A DNA stretch of 64,000 nucleotides from Candidatus Moanibacter sp. (GTDB lineage Bacteria; Verrucomicrobiota; Verrucomicrobiia; Opitutales; UBA2987). Shown one piece after another: positions 59,504 through 64,000 of the stretch. The position numbers were made by a program, and so were the translations under genes. Location: the NCBI GenBank assembly GCA_965215885.1, contig CBDCEW010000105.1:96001-160000 (forward strand), in the 5' to 3' direction. Every line of letters starts with the position of its first letter. Position 1 is the stretch's first letter. The notes below the pieces were generated by a model, which worked only from the letters and a program-made list of their open reading frames with translations, was not told where the DNA came from and ran no database searches.

Positions 59504-61237
59504 ATGCAAAAAAACCCTGCCACGAAGTATCGCCCCTTTCCGACCGTCGATCTGCCGGACCGGCAGTGGCCCAACCGCGTCATCGATACTGTTCCAATCT
59601 GGTGCAGTGTTGACTTGAGAGACGGCAACCAGGCCCTCGCCATTCCGATGAACGTCGGAGAGAAGATCGAACTCTTCCAGGCTCTTGTCCAGATTGGCTT
59701 TAAAGAAATTGAAGTCGGATTCCCTTCCTCATCGGATACGGAATTCGAATTCACACGCCAATTGATTGAAGATGGGCTCATCCCCGATGATGTCACTATT
59801 CAGGTGTTGGTGCAGGCACGCGAACATCTGATTCGCCGTACCTTTGAATCTATCCAAGGAGCCGGACGTGCTATCGTCCACCTCTATAATTCCACAAATC
59901 CTCTACAGAGAAGAGTCACTTTCGGGAAAAGCAGAGAAGAGATAAAAGCGATTGCGGTCGATGGAACAAGACTCATTCGGGAGTTGGTGCCCACAATTCC
60001 CCAAACCGATGTGCGTTTCGAGTATTCACCGGAGAGTTTTTCAGACACAGAGCTGGAATTCTCCCTCGAAATCTGCCAAGCGGTCATGGAAGTATGGGAA
60101 CCGACGGAGGAAGAGCGGATCATATTGAACCTTCCCGCCACCGTCGAATTAGCTACTCCGAACGTTCATGCGGATCAAATAGAGTGGTTCTGTCGAAACA
60201 TGAAGGAGCGTGGGAAAGCAATAATCAGCCTGCACACGCATAACGATCGCGGGACCGGAATCGCCGCGACCGAATTGAGCCTGATGGCGGGAGCCGAACG
60301 CGTCGAAGGCACTCTCTTCGGCAATGGTGAACGTACCGGAAATCTCGACATCGTGGTAGTCGCGCTGAACATGTACTCGCAGGGGATCGATCCCAAATTG
60401 CATCTCAGCGGCTTGAACGCAATCCGGAGAACCTATGAACGGTGCACCCGAATGATCGTTCATGAACGCCACCCTTATGCCGGCGAACTGGTCTTTTCCG
60501 CATTCAGCGGTTCTCACCAAGATGCCATAAAGAAGGGAATGGACAAGATTGATTCTCCTTCCAATTGCCTATGGCAAGTCCCTTATCTTCCCATGGATCC
60601 GGAGGACATCGGACGTACTTACAAGGCGATCATCCGCATCAACAGTCAAAGTGGAAAGGGTGGAGTAGCCTTCATTATGGAGCGCGAATTCGGAATTGAA
60701 ATGCCCAAGAACATGCACCCGGAATTCGGCGCCGTGGTCAACCGGATTGCCGACGCGAAAGAAAAAGAACTCTCCGCTGAAGAAATCAAGGAGGCTTTTT
60801 TCAGTGAGTATTTGAATCTCAACTCTCCCTTGTCACTCGAATCCTACCAGATCAAGACAGAGCCGGACGACCACAGAAATATCACTTTTTTGGCGAATGT
60901 CATTGATCGTGGTAAGAAAAAGCACATCGAGGGTACCGGTAACGGGCCCATTGCCGCCTTCGTCAACGCGCTCGAACGTGAAAATCTGAAAAACTTCAAA
61001 GTCGCGGACTTCAGGCAACATGCTATTAACAAAGGATCGTCCGCCGAAGCCGCTACTTACCTCGAAGTCGAGCGTGTTCATGACCAGATGAGCTTTTGGG
61101 GTGCCAGTATCGACGGAAACATCGAACTGGCGGGTCTCAAAGCATTGGTCAGCGCCTACAACCGCGCCAATAGGGAAATCTCTCCAATAAGAGAGAAGGC
61201 GCTCGTCTCCGCCGAGTCAGGTCCGGCCGAGGATTAG
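59504..61237 (+). CDS. leuA: 2-isopropylmalate synthase (LeuA type 2)
   Basis: WCSVDLRDGNQAL, EIEVGFPS, SLHTHNDRG, GNGERTGN, FSGSHQDAIKKG, IRINSQSGKGG. Confidence 0.97.
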   Translation: MQKNPATKYRPFPTVDLPDRQWPNRVIDTVPIWCSVDLRDGNQALAIPMNVGEKIELFQALVQIGFKEIEVGFPSSSDTEFEFTRQLIEDGLIPDDVTIQVLVQAREHLIRRTFESIQGAGRAIVHLYNSTNPLQRRVTFGKSREEIKAIAVDGTRLIRELVPTIPQTDVRFEYSPESFSDTELEFSLEICQAVMEVWEPTEEERIILNLPATVELATPNVHADQIEWFCRNMKERGKAIISLHTHNDRGTGIAATELSLMAGAERVEGTLFGNGERTGNLDIVVVALNMYSQGIDPKLHLSGLNAIRRTYERCTRMIVHERHPYAGELVFSAFSGSHQDAIKKGMDKIDSPSNCLWQVPYLPMDPEDIGRTYKAIIRINSQSGKGGVAFIMEREFGIEMPKNMHPEFGAVVNRIADAKEKELSAEEIKEAFFSEYLNLNSPLSLESYQIKTEPDDHRNITFLANVIDRGKKKHIEGTGNGPIAAFVNALERENLKNFKVADFRQHAINKGSSAEAATYLEVERVHDQMSFWGASIDGNIELAGLKALVSAYNRANREISPIREKALVSAESGPAED

Positions 61238-61293
61238 GCCAACTCACGGCAGGCGGATTTCCCGACAATGAGATAACGTTTAACTTGGTAATT

Positions 61294-61614
61294 CCCCGTA
61301 GCTTGCTACGGGGTGCTGACTTGACTGTATTGTCATCGTGCGCGGAGCGCCCGATCCACCAGTAGCAAGGATGCTAGTGGTGGAACGGCCCCTCCGGGGA
61401 CGTTCGTATCAACTTCGAGTAAAGCATAGGCAAGTTCTGCACAAATGGCGAAAGAGTTAGATACCCCGTCCGCGGCAAGCCGGGACGGGGAGTGTTCATT
61501 TGAGATTGAAACTGGCTTGGTAGGAACCCACCCCTGTCCCCTCCGAGGGAGGGGATCTTTTCAATCGGTCTGAGTTTTTTTAAATCCCCTCCTGGGAGGG
61601 GACAGGGGTGGGTT
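61294..61614. repeat. Cluster of REP-like palindromes between convergent genes
   Basis: CCCCGTAGCTTGCTACGGGG; CCCCGTCC..GGACGGGG; inverted pair AACCCACCCCTGTCCCCTCC / GGAGGGGACAGGGGTGGGTT. Confidence 0.7.
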
Positions 61615-61648
61615 CTTAAGAATCAAGATTCCGAGATCTTTTCTCGTC

Positions 61649-62275
61649 CTACTCCGCCTCCATCATCCCCCTGATCGCTTCAGAAATCTGGCCCCCCATC
61701 ACGGCTAATCCCCTGTCCAGGGATGCTACAAGGGCAACGAAGCTCCGCCCGTCCCAACTTTTGCTGAAATCGGTCGATCCATGAGTAGTGGGTGTGGGCT
61801 TGGCTGCTTCCGTATCTCTGATCATCCATTTCGCCTGAACTTCTGCGTTGTAAGTGGATTCGTCACCATCAAAACGCAGAATTTCGACCTCCACCACATA
61901 GTCCGGACTCGTCTTATCTGGCCAGGGAAACCGCACCACTTCCACCTCCGAGAGTGACTCCGCCAGATGTCCGGCCAAGTTTCGACCGATCGCCACATCG
62001 AGTTCCTCACCCCACCTGTGATAATCGGATTGTACCACTTCGTGATCTCCTTTCCGAATCACGATTTTGGATGAATTCAAGTAGGCCGGAAAATTGATCC
62101 TCCGAATACCGACGCTTAGCGTCTTTTCACTTCCTGAAGATCCCATTGGAGAAATCTCCTTAAGGACAAATATTCGAGTAGGATCTTCCTGTGGATCAAG
62201 GTTGATACATCCGCCCGCGGCTATTATGAAAAGGACCAAAAAAGAAAACTTGGAATATCCAACGATTCGTCTCAT
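61649..62275 (-). CDS. PqiC-family ABC transport auxiliary lipoprotein
   Basis: Lipobox AGGC, PAYL, HRWGEEL, VEILRFDG. Confidence 0.88.
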   Translation of the reverse strand: MRRIVGYSKFSFLVLFIIAAGGCINLDPQEDPTRIFVLKEISPMGSSGSEKTLSVGIRRINFPAYLNSSKIVIRKGDHEVVQSDYHRWGEELDVAIGRNLAGHLAESLSEVEVVRFPWPDKTSPDYVVEVEILRFDGDESTYNAEVQAKWMIRDTEAAKPTPTTHGSTDFSKSWDGRSFVALVASLDRGLAVMGGQISEAIRGMMEAE

Positions 62276-63291
62276 TTCTGTGTCTCCGATTCGGGTAATT
62301 TTCTTCCTGTCAACAGCGATCTGGGATTTCGCTCAATATACTCAACCAGCAATCGGATGGCTTCAGCGGCCTCCTTCAGCTCTCCGAGAGCAGTTTCCAT
62401 TTCGTACCGAAAGGAAGACTCCGAGGAAAGGATAAACTCAATCTGCTCCGTCGCATCAGCCACTTGGCGCAAAGTGGTCTGCAATTCTTCGTTCGTTGCT
62501 TCAGCTTCAGCCAATACCGGGTCTACTTTGCTGGTAATCTTCGCGGCGAGCTTTCGATACTCCTCCAGGGTGTCGTCAAACGTGTCGATTGCCTTCTGAA
62601 TCTTTTCCGAGCGCATCAATTCCGTAGCCGAATCGGTTGCCCGAATAATACTCGCGTTTATTCCCGCAAAATCGACTTCTTCGAGACCCTCCCTGGCACT
62701 GCTCAAAACTCCGATTAATTCGTCATTGATCCCTTGAATATCCAGTGACCCAAGGCGAAAGAGGACTTCCTCCACGGTTTGCCCAAGTGCTGCTGTCAAA
62801 GAGGGCCGGGTGGGAAATTCTTTGTAGATGACCTTTTCCTGAATGAACGCTGGGCGGCCCGCGTCCCCTTCGATATCGATTTCGATATATTTGAGGCCGG
62901 TTATGAGACTTTCCGTGACAAGTTGTGCACGGTACCCGAGATTGACGATTTGAATGAATGTCTCCTCATCGCGGATATCCACATCGACTCCCAGGGAACT
63001 GTTCAAAAGCGTTAGATCCAGCTCAATAACGACCGGAATATGATCCGTTTCTTCGCCCTGATTGTAACGAATGAATATACTGACAACCTTCCCTATGGGC
63101 ACTCCCCGAAACTTCACCGGTGAACCGATGTCAAGGCCACTCACCGGTTCATCGAAATAAACGATGAAGTCTTCTGTTTCTCCAAAATTGAAAGAGCCGA
63201 AAAACACCACAGTCGCGATTCCCAGAACAATGGCGCCGAGAACAAAAACTCCTATAATTGTCGTGCTGGCTTGCTTGCTCATCCTATTCAC
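62272..63291 (-). CDS. MlaD/MCE family protein
   Basis: IGVFVLG, VSGLDIGSPVKFRGVPIGKV, SLITGLKYI, ERNPRSLL. Confidence 0.92.
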   Translation of the reverse strand: MNRMSKQASTTIIGVFVLGAIVLGIATVVFFGSFNFGETEDFIVYFDEPVSGLDIGSPVKFRGVPIGKVVSIFIRYNQGEETDHIPVVIELDLTLLNSSLGVDVDIRDEETFIQIVNLGYRAQLVTESLITGLKYIEIDIEGDAGRPAFIQEKVIYKEFPTRPSLTAALGQTVEEVLFRLGSLDIQGINDELIGVLSSAREGLEEVDFAGINASIIRATDSATELMRSEKIQKAIDTFDDTLEEYRKLAAKITSKVDPVLAEAEATNEELQTTLRQVADATEQIEFILSSESSFRYEMETALGELKEAAEAIRLLVEYIERNPRSLLTGRKLPESETQK

Positions 63292-64000
63292 TCCCCTCCG
63301 CGGGTGAGGAATTCGTAGACATTCCTGTTGGGCGGTGATTCAAGCATTTCGTTAGGATTGCCCAGGGCGGTCATTGTCTTTTCCTCCACGTCGAGAAAGA
63401 TGGCATTATCGGAGATTGCAAAGATACTTTGCAACTCATGGGTAACCACGACCACGGTGGTGCCGAGACTGTCACGCAGTTGCAAGATAAGATCGTCGAG
63501 ACGCCGCGAGCTAATCGGATCAAGCCCGGCGGAAGGCTCATCGAAAAAGAGAATTTCCGGATCCAACGCCATTGCCCTGGCCAGACCGGCGCGCTTGCGC
63601 ATACCCCCGCTGATCTCGGAGGGATAAAACTCCTCAAATCCCTTCAGACCCACCAAAGAGAGTTTATAGCTGACCAGATCAGCGATCTCTTTCGTGGATA
63701 GTTCGGTGTATTCTTCAAGGGGAAGTGCCACATTTTCCGCCAGCGTCATCGAACTCCATAGTGCTCCCCCTTGGTAGAGAACACCGAATTTACGCACCTG
63801 CGCGAGATTCTCCTGGTAAGACGCATCCACAAAACTCTTTCCATCATAAAGAATATCACCCCCGGCAGGTTCCATTAAACCAATAAGATGCTTCAGAAGC
63901 GTGCTTTTGCCGCAACCGCTCCCCCCCATTATGATCATCACTTCACCCCGTTTGACTTTGAAATTGAGATCGTGCATCACCACAAACGATCCATACGCCA
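63288..64000 (-). CDS. MlaF-like ABC transporter ATP-binding protein (5' end beyond the window)
   Basis: GGSGCGKST, ISGGMRKRAGLARA, FFDEPSAGLDP, VTHEL. Confidence 0.93.
   Translation of the reverse strand, partial: AYGSFVVMHDLNFKVKRGEVMIIMGGSGCGKSTLLKHLIGLMEPAGGDILYDGKSFVDASYQENLAQVRKFGVLYQGGALWSSMTLAENVALPLEEYTELSTKEIADLVSYKLSLVGLKGFEEFYPSEISGGMRKRAGLARAMALDPEILFFDEPSAGLDPISSRRLDDLILQLRDSLGTTVVVVTHELQSIFAISDNAIFLDVEEKTMTALGNPNEMLESPPNRNVYEFLTRGGE

Overview
About 64 kb of bacterial DNA, probably Verrucomicrobiota/Opitutales. That taxon is an inference from a TonB receptor with an LSEFEV N-terminal box, a MoxR-Bat operon and a stand-alone CoaC. The left ~42 kb is accessory DNA rich in mobile elements. 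Catabolic genes there include four PhyH-type dioxygenases, a sulfatase, a nitrilase, a Gfo/Idh/MocA oxidoreductase, a C45 peptidase and a BNR sialidase-like protein. It also holds a TonB receptor, Nramp and DASS transporters, a Spy/CpxP plus two-component module, tRNA-Thr and tRNA-Gln. Mobile DNA includes two copies of an ISNCY/IS5-like IS, two copies of a DUF4338(DruA)-fused ISAs1, a two-ORF CxxH/DDE element, IS91 and IS66 relics, an attC-like site and at least seven families of MITE/REP elements. Four MITE families end in CTAG, chain through shared CTAGs and repeatedly sit on TAG stop codons. The right ~20 kb is core-like: O-antigen ligase/TPR gene, moxR-DUF58-batABDE, dnaX with ffs (SRP RNA), a pseudokinase-PEGA-FGE gene, coaC, leuA with a Leu-rich leader peptide, and mlaF-mlaD-pqiC. 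Several frameshifts, short tandem duplications and IS junctions without target duplications indicate either genome decay/rearrangement or assembly error. All calls come from reading motifs by eye; no searches were run.
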